Below, piece after piece: positions 1-12,027 of a DNA stretch of 64,000 nt (positions within the stretch are counted from its first letter, which is position 1; the number at the start of each line of letters is the position of its first letter). The stretch comes from Macrostomum lignano (Eukaryota), in assembly GCA_002269645.1 (NCBI GenBank), contig NIVC01000073.1, forward strand, positions 868,001 to 932,000, given 5' to 3'. Both the position numbers and the translations under genes were made by a program. The notes under the pieces are model-generated. The model saw nothing but the letters and a program-made list of their open reading frames with translations, was not told where the DNA came from and made no database searches.

Positions 1-1
1 G

Positions 2-2284
2 CGGTACAACAAGCTGCCCACCTTCTTCGGCCCAAATGGACGGACCACCAGGCTGGACTGGATTTTGTGCCCAACGGCAATCAGGTCTCGACTGCGCAAA
101 GTGGTCAATATCCGCCCCAGCTGCGTGAGGTCCGACCATTCTCTGCTGGCCTGCGACATCGACTGCCGTTGGAAAAAGTTCAAGGCTGGCCCACCGCACC
201 CCCTCTGGGCAGATCTGAGAAACCCAGACACGCGCAGTGCGTTCATTGAAAAGCTGCAAAATGCTACTCCGGCCCTGAATGAATCGGCGGACGCCTTCAC
301 CAGAGCTGTTGAGAAAGCTGCCTCGACCCTACCAAAACGAACACCGCACCAGCCAAAAGCCGCCTGGGACTCCGACGAGGAGATCTCCATCGCTAGGCGC
401 GACGTGCAAAGAACAACCGCAGTCTTTGGCCAAGACAGTGAGCAGGCTGAAACAGCCCGGGCCCATCTTCGCGACACGCATGCCCGGAGGACCGAAGCCT
501 TTGTCCAGGAGGCTGTTGCTGAGATTCAACTAGCAACAGACAACTGCCGGCACACAGCGGCCTGGCGCGCCATCAACCGCCTGACTGGCAGGAAGCAGAG
601 GCCCAATGCCGCTGTAGGTGCTGAGTCTATACACCATCGCAAAGCCCTGCTGGCCACTCACTATCACAATGTGCTCAACGCCTCACCACCCTCTGCTGAT
701 TTGCTACCGATCGAAAACTTTACCCCGGCCGAGCCCTTGGCTTTTAACTCCGGCCCGCTGACTGCCTACGAGGTGAACCGAGTGCTCAGAACCATGCGCC
801 CCGACGCTGCCGCCGGAGTAGATGGCATTCCACCCAGGGTGCTCAAGCTGCCAGAGCTGACACAGGACATCACAGCTGTGCTCAACAAGCACTGTCCGCT
901 TGGAGGCAACCCAGGTGCTACTGCTGCTGACAGCTGGCGCACCTCTAAGATCGTCTCCATCCCCAAGAAGGGCGCATCCACCAGTCTGGACAACCAACGC
1001 GGCATCGCTCTGGAATGCACTCTGGCTAAGCTGCTCAATGCTATACTGCGTAATCGGCTGCTGCCTGGCCTCAACCAAATGATCCTGAGCCTCCAAAGTG
1101 GCTTCAGGCCCGGTCGCTCGACAACAGAGCAGATTGCAGCCCTTCGAGCAGTCGTCGAGGCCTGTAAAACTCACCAAAGAGCTGTGTCAATTGTCTTTGT
1201 GGACTTCCGCAAAGCTTTTGACTCAGTGTGCCGGCGCGCGATCGCGTGGCTGCTCGAACACTATGGCGTCCCCCCGGCTCTTATCGTTGCAGTGATGGAC
1301 CTCTACAACAACAGCAAAGCCTTTGTCCAAACCAGCGATGGCCCAACTGAGGACTTCTGCACCAGCTCTGGAGTCCTCCAAGGTGACACGTTGGCTCCAC
1401 TGCTCTTCATCCTTGTCGTCGACTACGTGCTGCGCCGAAGCCTCACAGAGGAGGACAGCTACCTGCTGGCGTCACGCCGGAGCTCCCGCTGCGGTGCTGC
1501 CCCTCTGCCCGCCCTCGCATACGCCGACGACATCGCCCTGCTGTGCCGCAGTCCGACTGCCGCCCAGAGAGCGCTCTCGAGACTCTATGAGGAGAGCGCC
1601 CGAGTCGGACTGCAAATCAACGCACGCAAGACGGAAGTGCTGCACGTGGGCACCGATGCAGCACCAATCCTGACCCTACCAGATGGACAAGTCATTTCAG
1701 CCTGCAGAGACTTCCGGTACCTGGGCTCCTTCGTGATGAGCCCTGACTCCATCATCGCCGACCGGAGGTCACAGGCCTGGCGCGCGGCTCATCTCCTCAG
1801 GGAGGTCTTCAGCTCAGCTGCCAACGACGACCTGAAGATGCGCCTGTTCCGCGCTGCCGTAGAGCCAATCTTCCTGTACGGACTGGAGGCAGTGCCAATG
1901 ACCGACTCGAGGTCCCGAGCCCTGGACGCTGCCTACCGATCGCTGCTGCGGTTCGCCCTTGGCATCCATTACCCAGAGCGGCTGCCAACGGACCAGCTGA
2001 TGGCGAGAGCCCGTGTGCCTCAGCTCAGTGCCACTCTCCAGCGGCGCCGGCTAATGCTCGTCGGCCACTGCCTCCGCAGCTACGGCAGAGGGGAGCAAAA
2101 CCCGCTGGCGCTAACCTTGCTACATCAGCCAACCGAGCGTCTCCGACGGGGCCAAGGCCGGACCGCCACGCTGACCGCCACGCTTGAGTCTGACCTTCAA
2201 GCCATTAACCTGACCCCACAATCTGCCACAAACTGTCCTTCTCGTCTCTTCTGCGAGCGCGTGCGCGCAAGACGCCCACCATAA
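2..2284 (+). mobile_element. Non-LTR retrotransposon ORF (end of AP-endonuclease + reverse transcriptase + C-terminal domain), RTE/RTEX-like; 5' end outside window
   Basis: Frame is open from base 2 (RYNKLPTFFGPNGRTTRLDWIL...SDHSLL = APE C-terminal motifs). RT motifs IPKKG, QSGFRPGRST, FVDFRKAFDSV, GVLQGDTLAPLLF, LAYADDIALL, FRYLGS follow, then LYGLEA...RRRLMLVGHCLR, typical of RTE-like elements. No stop until TAA 2282-2284. Confidence 0.93.
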
Positions 2285-3780
2285 TATCTTTGCGTCCTTA
2301 TATATATAAGGGCTATATATCTTTTAGGCTTGGACTATATATAAAAGCTATTCTGGACACATTATAAATTAAGTAGCTACAACTTGTTCTTCGAAACAAT
2401 CACATTCATGCTTTATAGACTGAAAGTACAAAAAAATTAAAAATTACAAAGGCATTCATGTAGCTTAGGAATTCAACTTTCCAAGACCTCAACATTTGTA
2501 GCATCACAAAGAAACGCAATTTTAGGTTAGTAAAAACGTTGTTTACTAGTGATTACTCATTTTCTACTTCATGACCTTTATATTAAGCTTCCTTTAATTT
2601 TTTTTCGTTTATCTTCCATAGGCCAGGTGGCCAGCTGGGTATTATAGGTCTATATTTTATAATAACATTAAATAAACACATTTTTAGATTTTCAAGCTTC
2701 TTAGTTAAAAAAGATACTTTATTGACGACAAGAGAAAAGAGCAATAAAACTCTATTTAGAGATTTTTTACCAAAAATAAATGATGATCTACACAACTTAA
2801 TTTCATTCTAAACTTAAACTGTAGATTGTCAATAAAAATGTTTAAATCCGCCTTGCTTTACTAGATGTGAATTATTTTTGAAAAGTTCTAATATGCTCTG
2901 GGGTTTATAGAACAAGTATAAATAAATGGTTTCAAGAAAGAAAAATATTAATTCGATGCTTTTTTGAGAAACAGACAACCAGTTTATAATTAACTGTGTA
3001 CATATAAAGCATTCATCGGGCTTGCATTAAAACATGCGATTTAATATGTATGTATAGCCAGCTAAATATTAAGGACATATAATTCGGCTTCTTTTGAATT
3101 CTGTTAAAAGAAATGTCAAAATATTTAGTGCCCATTGAACCCTTTTTTGAAGACAGAAACGTATAAAACAAACTGACAATTATTTTTAGCTCGTAGTTTC
3201 TTTTCTGATATAGCGTGGTTGAAAAGTAAATGAGATCGTAGATACGAAATCAAACTTTTGCGATGAAAACTATTGTTTGAATGCTTTTTTGCAGCATATT
3301 TTTTACTGTTGGATTATAATTTGTTAAATTATAACTAGCTTTAAATAGAACAACCCCCTAATTGTTCGTGTTTCATTTTTTTGCTTTTTTTGTTTAAATG
3401 TGCTAGTAATTGATTATTTTCGTTCCGGCATTGCTCATTATTGATTTACGGAAGCTGAGGACAGCATATCTAACACAGAGAAATTTATTCCATTTGTCTC
3501 ATTCTTCCTGTCTTTCTTTTCTCGTTCGTCTCCCTATATATGATATAAATTATGCGAGCTCAACTTTATTTCTGTGTACATTCTGTGTCCAAACTGGGAA
3601 GCTCAACTTTCCTAGTTTATACCAAACACAATTTGGAATAAATAAGAAAATTGGTATAATTTGCGCAATACTAATAGTAGAATTAGAACAAAGCCTAAAT
3701 TATTTATTCTTTAGACAGATTCACAAAAATGAAGTACACAAATGCGAGCGAATACTACGAGTTTTAACTATATAATAAGT

Positions 3781-5570
3781 TGTGACGAATTTAGATCGAT
3801 TATTTATGATAATGAACGATGTCGTTGCGTCATGCTGATCGAGTTTATATATTTAAATTAATTCACATTGATAATAATCTACTCTTAATATTATCGATAG
3901 CAACGAGCGTAGCATAGTAGTATTGCAATGAAACGGTGTGAAGGAAGGAGAACGAGAGAGGGAGCAAGCGCGTGTAAAATACATGTAGATTCGAATAAAT
4001 TTTATATACATGTACTGCGAGATGTTTCTTTGAATTATATACGGTATAACAAACAATACGTTAACGCTAAAAAGGAAAGTAAACTTTAAGTCTAATTTAG
4101 AATACTATGCTGTACGAGACGAGATAAGAAAAGAAAGGTGAAATAAAGAAAGCGACATCGTCACACTCGCCTCCTTCCAGAAAGAGGTTAGCTACACTAC
4201 TTACAAGTAGAAGGGTGTGCGCATACTAATTATCGAAAGAATATCGAACGTCCTAGAGCGAAAATATAGTTTTCTTTAAAAAGCATATTGTTGAGTGTAC
4301 GTCTCGTAAATAGAAAAATTTCAGAACAAAACGTCAAATTGAAGATTGTACGCTCAGCTAGTAGGGCAAACAACGATTAATAAGCGAATCAATATTAGTA
4401 AACAGTTTTTATATTAAAATGCGTGCACAACTTATTAGGTGACGGCAACTACAAAATAACTAAGAATAGTACAAAATTCTTAGTGAAAGCAGTCTGTACA
4501 GAAGGTAATTGGAGTTATAAGAAACGCAGGTGAAAATCGCAGCGTTCAGAAAACGATAATTACCAGTACGTCAGACTTCGACGCGCGTAAATAAAATGTA
4601 TGCGGCCATATGTACATGGACAATATACATGTAAAATAACAACTTATCTGCACTTGACAGTAAAAAACTAACAGCTTAAGCTGACTACCACACTGGCATA
4701 GCAGGTAGCGCGATTCAGGCTGCGATTCAGGGCGCGCAAACACCTAGCGAGACTGGGTAGGGTACGTGATGACTCAGTGATAGACAGCGCACGCCTGTGG
4801 TGCCATAGTTGAAGGCCGTAATCAGGACACGTACTCAGGACACGTAATCAGGACACGTACTCAGGACACGTACTCAGGACACGTACTCAGGACACGTACT
4901 CAGGATACGTAATCAGGACACGTACTCAGGACACGTACTCAGGACACGTAATCAGGACACGTACTCAGGACACGTACTCAGGACACGTACTCAGGACACG
5001 TACTCAAGACACGTACTCTACGTACTCAGGACACGTACTCAGGATACGTAATCAGGACACGTACTCAGGACACGTACTCAGGATACGTAATCAGGACACG
5101 TACTCAAGACACGTACTCTACGTACTCAGGACAAGTGCAGCGGTGGATCACTACTGCTTCCTCTCACAGTGATCTGGGACTCGGAATTGCAGAGTCGACC
5201 TAAGTCGGTTTGATCGGTGGGACCTCCAGAAATTGTGTCGAATTTAGATCGATTGTGCTGAGAGTTTATTTCAATCAATTCACAATGATAATAATCTACT
5301 ATACTCTTAATATGATAGAAAGCAACGAGCGTAGCGTAGTAGTATGGCAATGAGACGGTGTGAGGGAAGGAGAGCGAGAGGGAGCGAGCGCACGTAAAAT
5401 AGATTCGAATACATTTTATATACTGCTGGATATTTCTATGAATTATACGGAATAACAAAAAATACGCTAACGCTAAAAAGGAAAGTAAATTATAAGTGTA
5501 ATTTCGAATGCTATGCTGTACGAGACGAGATAAGAAAGAAAGGTGAAATAAAGAAAGTGACATCGTCACA
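3781..5570 (-). mobile_element. Non-autonomous LTR element (TRIM-like): LTRs 3781-4165 and 5234-5570, PBS(tRNA-Gln), PPT, no coding capacity
   Basis: Two diverged direct repeats bounded by TGTG(A/T)CGA...TCGTCACA (TG..CA with short inverted ends). 5214-5228 (+) TCGGTGGGACCTCCA matches the 3' end of eukaryotic tRNA-Gln. 4166-4178 reads GGAAGGAGGCGAG on the minus strand and abuts the 3' LTR. Confidence 0.8.
4822..5131. repeat. 13-bp tandem repeat (CAGGACACGTACT)n inside the LTR element
   Basis: Directly visible, a little over 20 copies with minor variants. Confidence 0.95.
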
Positions 5571-6216
5571 GAGTAAACAAAGCTAAAAAAACCTCCAATT
5601 ATAGTTCGTATGTCCGCCGGAAGGACAACTTACGAATAATGAATCTCAAATTAACAAATAAATGCTGCTTCTGGCATGTACATTTGCTAGCTAATTCTAA
5701 CATCTGAATTCTTATGGTGTCTATATATATCTTTAGCTTCTGAGCATATTTAGATTTTTGTTTAAATAATCCAGTCATAGGCATACCTGTACGTGCAATA
5801 GAAGAACATAGTTCAAGATCTATTCTTTCTATGCGTGCGCATGTAGTGACATACTATATGCAGCGCACAGTTTAACCTCATTTTTATGACACAATACTGA
5901 AAGAGAAAGCATTCCCATAGATCCAAAATGACCCCCTGGGTTAAAAGACCTATCTACTATAGTAGCCATCGAGGAAGCTGCACTGAACTTTGATGACCTG
6001 ATTGGACCCTTGACCAGGAACCAATAAAACCCCAGCTTTAGCTTCCTATATAGTCCTTCAATTCAGATCCCTTCATTTTATATACTCCTTGCTTAGAGCG
6101 GAAAAGATTTTATGAGTTTTTAGTTTATCTTTGTTTATCTATTTAAAGCCTAAAAACTTTCTATTGAATCTGATACAACAGTAATATAGCATTACTGTTT
6201 AGGCTTTATAGTAGTC

Positions 6217-9200
6217 ATGAACTGGTTCACTATACTGCGGGCAGTTCTGGTTCGAATACTGTTTGCCACTCACGGCATTGTGACGATCACCTACCTTTAC
6301 CGGCAATCCAGAAAGCCTGAGTACTGGTATTTGGCCTCGTCCGTTGTCGGATTAGTGCTTGAGTCCATTGTCACCTTTGGAGCTAACCAGGGCCGCGAGT
6401 GGAAATGGTGAGGCATGATTTAACCGCATTTGTGCATGTGTCTTATGGAGGTCACTAGCTTGTGTCCTATGGGGGTCACTAGCTTGTGTCCTGTGGAGGT
6501 CACTAGCTTGTGTCCTATGGAGGTCACTAGCTTGTGTCCTATGGAGGTCACTAGCTTGTGTCCTATGGAGGTCACTAGCTTGTGTCCTATGGAGTCACTT
6601 TGTGTCCTATGGAGGTCACTGGCTTGTGTCCTATGGAGTCACTTTGTGTCCTATGGAGGTCACTAGCTTGTGTCCTATGGAGGTCACTAGCTTGTGTCCT
6701 ATGGAGGTCACTAGCTTGTGTCCTATGGAGTCACTTTGTGTCCTATGGAGGTCACTGGCTTGTGTCCTATGGAGTCACTTTGTGTCCTATGGAGGTCACT
6801 AGCTTGTGTCCTATGGAGGTCACTAGCTTGTGTCCTATGGAGGTCACTAGCTTGTGTCCTATGGAGTCACTTTGTGTCCTATGGAGGTCACTAGCTTGTG
6901 TCCTATGGAGTCACTTTGTGTCCTATGGAGGTCACTGGCTTGTGTCCTATGGAGGTCACTAGCTTGTGTCCTATGGAATCACTTTGTGTCCCATGGAGTC
7001 ACCCTGAGTCCTATTAGGTGTCGCACCTTGTGTCCTATGGAGTCACTTTGTGTCCTAGGAAGTCACTTTGTGTCCTATGGAGTCACTTTGTGTCCTAGGA
7101 AGTCACCTTTAGTCCTATTAGGTTTCGCACTTTGTGTCCTAGGAAGTCACTTTGTGTCCTATGGAGTCACCTTGTCTCCTATGTAGTCACAACTTGTGCA
7201 CTATAGAGTTACTGTGTAAACATACTAATGCATAAAGTATGTTTATGATACACAATATAAGTGTTCTTTCTCATAAGCATTATCATAAATATCTTTTACA
7301 TGGCTCAGAGCATCTGTGCATCCCGGCAGCCAGCTATAACTGGTTCTCTAGTCAACGAAAGAAATAGTTACCCTTAACAATGCAGCCTAGCAATCAGTTT
7401 CTCCACAACTTCCTGCCTCAGTGACAGACTCCTCAACCGGGCTAAGGGTTATTCAACGCTGCAGTCATGGACACCCGGAACCAGGCATCTGGATTGGGCT
7501 GACTCTTCACACACTGAATCCTCATTTTCAAGATCCATCAAGGCTGGCTTCAGTGGTGAAGGCGTCTGACTCTCACGCCACGACCCAGCTGAAATTGGGT
7601 GCATGAAAATTGGCCCGGGGAGGGGGGTTGTCGTGCGATTCACAGCCATGAGGACCGAGCCCTATGGCTCAGAGACTGTACATCCTGACGAACGATTTTA
7701 TGAGTGCGTGCCTGTGTACAGTATTGGCGCGCTTGCATGTGCTCAGGGTCTGCGGAAGTTGGAGTTGCCTTGGAGTTGGTTGAGGGACGATGTAGCAGAG
7801 AAGGCGTTGCGCTAGGGCGACCAAAAATGTCCTGAAAGTATTCAGTTAATTTTTTATGCAAAGGGGTTGTAGTCTAGTGGTTAGAGCATCGGAATCCCGA
7901 CTGAAAGGTCGGAGGTTCGATTCCCGACCCACTCGGAACAATTTGTGTCCTTGAGCAAGACACTTATAGCTGTAAAATCGGTGCCAGCATTAGCGACCCC
8001 CCAGTCCTTGGACTGAACAGCCGTACGCAGCCTTCAGATGCGCCGCGCAATAGCTGCGGCTGAGCTGTCGGTTGCACATCTGGCCCAATTGGGTCAGGTG
8101 TAAGCAATTTTTATTCTAATTATTATGAATTATGCATCACAACTATTTGACATCTAGTTTAAAAACTTCTTAGAGAATCTAAAATAATATTTTAAACGCG
8201 ATAATGAGACTTGAATTTTACTAAACCGCAGAAAACCGTCCTTATAAATTGTGTCCAGAAGCGAGGAGTTGTCCTTGACTGCAATGCCGAGAGATGCAAT
8301 GCCAATGCTGAGCTCTGCACTTCCTGACCTGTCTCACCGGCTTGCTGAGCGGTCTGGTAGTTCTTAGCTGCACAAAGAAATTGAAAGTGGAGTAGTGGAG
8401 TCTTTCTACCCCCATCCTTAGTCGGAAGAAAATGTGTGGTTGGGTCTGCGCTGGAAGGTGAATAAGATTGATACGAGCGTAGACTGCGATCATCCTGGAT
8501 TCCGGGATTTGATCCCGTTGTGAATGGTTAACTCAGTGTTAGTTCTATACAAATTTTTCATCTAAATCAGATTCCTCCTGCAGTTCAATATATGGCCTGC
8601 AGTCGGCCTCGAGCCACCATTCCCAAAAATGTTAAAGCGTTAAATTACAGCTTAGGTAGACAGTCACAATTTGTCATTTTTACTGGATTAGCGAGATGCT
8701 GAGTTTTTTTAACACTCAACTGCCAATACCTTCTCAGTTAGCAAGTTTTGTCAGAGATTACTAAAATTTCCATCATGGTATAATATTTTAAAGAAATTCT
8801 TCACACTACCAGAGCGATATTCAGTGTGTGGTGCGGGAAATGGCTCCCCTTTTGACCATAGACTACTTAGTTCTTGAATGAGTCACACTACCAGAGCGAT
8901 ATTCAGTGTGTGGTGCAGGAAATGCCCCCCCCCCTTTGACCATAGACTATTTAGTTCTTGAATGAGTCACACTACCAGAGCGATATTCAGTGTGTGGTGC
9001 GGGAAATGGCTCCCCTTTTGACCATAGACTACTTAGTTCTTGAATGAGTCACACTACCAGAGCGATATTCAGTGTGTGGTGCGGGAAATGGCTCCCCTTT
9101 TGACCATAGACTATTTAGTTCTTGAATGAGTCACACTACCAGAGCGATATTCAGTGTGTGGTGCGGGAAATGGCTCCCCTTTTGACCATAGACTACTTAG

Positions 9201-11347
9201 TTCTTGAATGAGTCACACTACCAGAGCGATATTCAGTGTGTGGTGCGGGAAATGGCTCCCCTTTTGACCATAGACTATTTAGTTCTTGAATGAGTCACAC
9301 TACCAGAGCGATATTCAGTGTGTGGTGCGGGAAATGGCTCCCCTTTTGACCATAGACTATTTACATGTAGTTCTTGAATGAGTCACACTACCAGAGCGAT
9401 ATTCAGTGTGTGGTGCAGGAAATGCCCCCCCCTTTGACCATAGACTATTTAGTTCTTGAATGAGTCACACTACCAGAGCCATATTCAGTGTGTGGTGCAG
9501 GAAATGCCCCCCCCCTTTGACCATAGACTATTTAGTTCTTGAATGAGTCACACTACCAGAGCGATATTCAGTGTGTGGTGCGGGAAATGGCTCCCCTTTT
9601 GACCATAGACTATTTACATGTAGTTCTTGAATGAGTCACACTACCAGAGCGATATTCAGTGTGTGGTGCAGGAAATGCCCCCCCCCTTTGACCATAGACT
9701 ATTTAGTTCTTGAATGAGTCACACTACCAGAGCCATATTCAGTGTGTGGTGCAGGAAATGCCCCCCCCCTTTGACCATAGACTATTTAGTTCTTGAATGA
9801 GTCACACTACCAGAGCGATATTCAGTGTGTGGTGCGGGAAATGGCTCCCCTTTTGACCATAGACTATTTAGTTCTTGAATGAGTCACACTACCAGAGCGA
9901 TATTCAGTGTGTGGTGCGGGAAATGGCTCCCCTTTTGACCATAGACTACTTAGTTCTTGAATGAGTCACACTACCAGAGCGATATTCAGTGTGTGGTGCG
10001 GGAAATGGCTCCCCTTTTGACCATAGACTATTTAGTTCTTGAATGAGTCACACTACCAGAGCGATATTCAGTGTGTGGTGCGGGAAATGGCTCCCCTTTT
10101 GACCATAGACTATTTACATGTAGTTCTTGAATGAGTCACACTACCAGAGCGATATTCAGTGTGTGGTGCAGGAAATGCCCCCCCCCTTTGACCATAGACT
10201 ATTTAGTTCTTGAATGAGTCACACTACCAGAGCCATATTCAGTGTGTGGTGCAGGAAATGCCCCCCCCCTTTGACCATAGACTATTTAGTTCTTGAATGA
10301 GTCACACTACCAGAGCGATATTCAGTGTGTGGTGCGGGAAATGGCTCCCCTTTTGACCATAGACTATTTAGTTCTTGAATGAGTCACACTACCAGAGCGA
10401 TATTCAGTGTGTGGTGCGGGAAATGGCTCCCCTTTTGACCATAGACTACTTAGTTCTTGAATGAGTCACACTACCAGAGCGATATTCAGTGTGTGGTGCG
10501 GGAAATGGCTCCCCTTTTGACCATAGACTATTTAGTTCTTGAATGAGTCACACTACCAGAGCGATATTCAGTGTGTGGTGCGGGAAATGGCTCCCCTTTT
10601 GACCATAGACTATTTACATGTAGTTCTTGAATGAGTCACACTACCAGAGCGATATTCAGTGTGTGGTGCAGGAAATGCCCCCCCCTTTGACCATAGACTA
10701 TTTAGTTCTTGAATGAGTCACACTACCAGAGCGATATTCAGTGTGTGGTGCAGGAAATGCCCCCCCCTTTGACCATAGACTATTTAGTTCTTGAATGAGT
10801 CACACTACCAGAGCGATATTCAGTGTGTGGTGCGGGAAATGGCTCCCCTTTTGACCATAGACTATTTAGTTCTTGAATGAGTCACACTACCAGAGCGATA
10901 TTCAGTGTGTGGTGCAGGAAATGCCCCCCCCCTTTGACCATAGACTATTTAGTTCTTGAATGAGTCACACTACCAGAGCGATATTCAGTGTGTGGTGCAG
11001 GAAATGCCCCCCCCCTTTGACCATAGACTATTTAGTTCTTGAATGAGTCACACTACCAGAGCGATATTCAGTGTGTGGTGCAGGAAATGCCCCCCCCCTT
11101 TGACCATAGACTATTTAGTTCTTGAATGAGTCTGGTTGAGTCCAGACTAGACTATATGCTCTAGCTGTCCGGAGAATGGAAAGCCTATGAAAGATACAGA
11201 AAGCAAGTGTCAGAGGGTGCTACGCTGGGGTCTGTGGCGAACCCCGAACGTAAATAATTGCCTGCATCATCATCATCATAATCCGGCCAATCGGATTTTT
11301 CATATTTCCCCTTAGCAACTGGCAAAGGGTCCACTGAGGCATCCGTT

Positions 11348-11387
<40 letters not shown>

Positions 11388-11950
11388 CTCCTTTTTTCTT
11401 TTGCCCACACTTTAATTGCTAGCTAAAGTCTATATAGGAGCCTGTACGGGTATTTTTTGATTCAACGGAGAGGTACAACAAGCACGCAACTGCTGATGAG
11501 TATAGATGATCTCTCCCGGCTTTATATTTATGAATATATATATACCTAACATTATTATGAATAGCTATACTGCTGCTATAAAAATACTTTGGCTAGAGAT
11601 AGTTGGGGAGCAGATATGGATAAGCAATGCGGAGATCTTTGGGTTCATATTTATATATATATATGTAGCCTTATAGTTTATATAGCATTGAGTACTTGGG
11701 CCTCATAAATCTTAACTGGTAAAAATAACTCCAAACTGTCTCAGGCATCGCCGGTGCTCGCAAATTCTCATTTTTTCTTTCGAATCATTCATATACAGCT
11801 CAGAGCCGTCTCACTGCTTGCCTCTGTGGGGAATAGCTGCAGGAAATTCTCCCATTTACCGGTGGGGAGTCCCACATGAGGCTCTGTTATCATGGAGGCT
11901 GGGCCGCCCGAAAACACCGATAATTGGAATATTGAGAGAGAGAGAAAGAG

Positions 11951-12027
<77 letters not shown>

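Noticed and set aside
704-1673. Antisense and alternate-frame ORFs within the LINE (and similar ones overlapping TMEM26, the lectins, Vav and PFAS)
   Set aside because: Shadow ORFs of GC-rich coding sequence with no recognisable motifs.
3410-5569. ORFs 3410-3775, 3853-4056 and 5126-5569 as gag or accessory genes
   Set aside because: Low-complexity hydrophobic translations of AT-rich or LTR sequence; no gag/pol motifs.
7862-7935. tRNA gene
   Set aside because: A/B boxes are present but acceptor and anticodon stems pair poorly, and the sequence continues into a body shared with 53388-53684, so it is a SINE head.
8802-11132. CRISPR-like array (hairpin-containing repeat)
   Set aside because: No unique spacers, no cas genes, eukaryotic intron context; it is a plain satellite.
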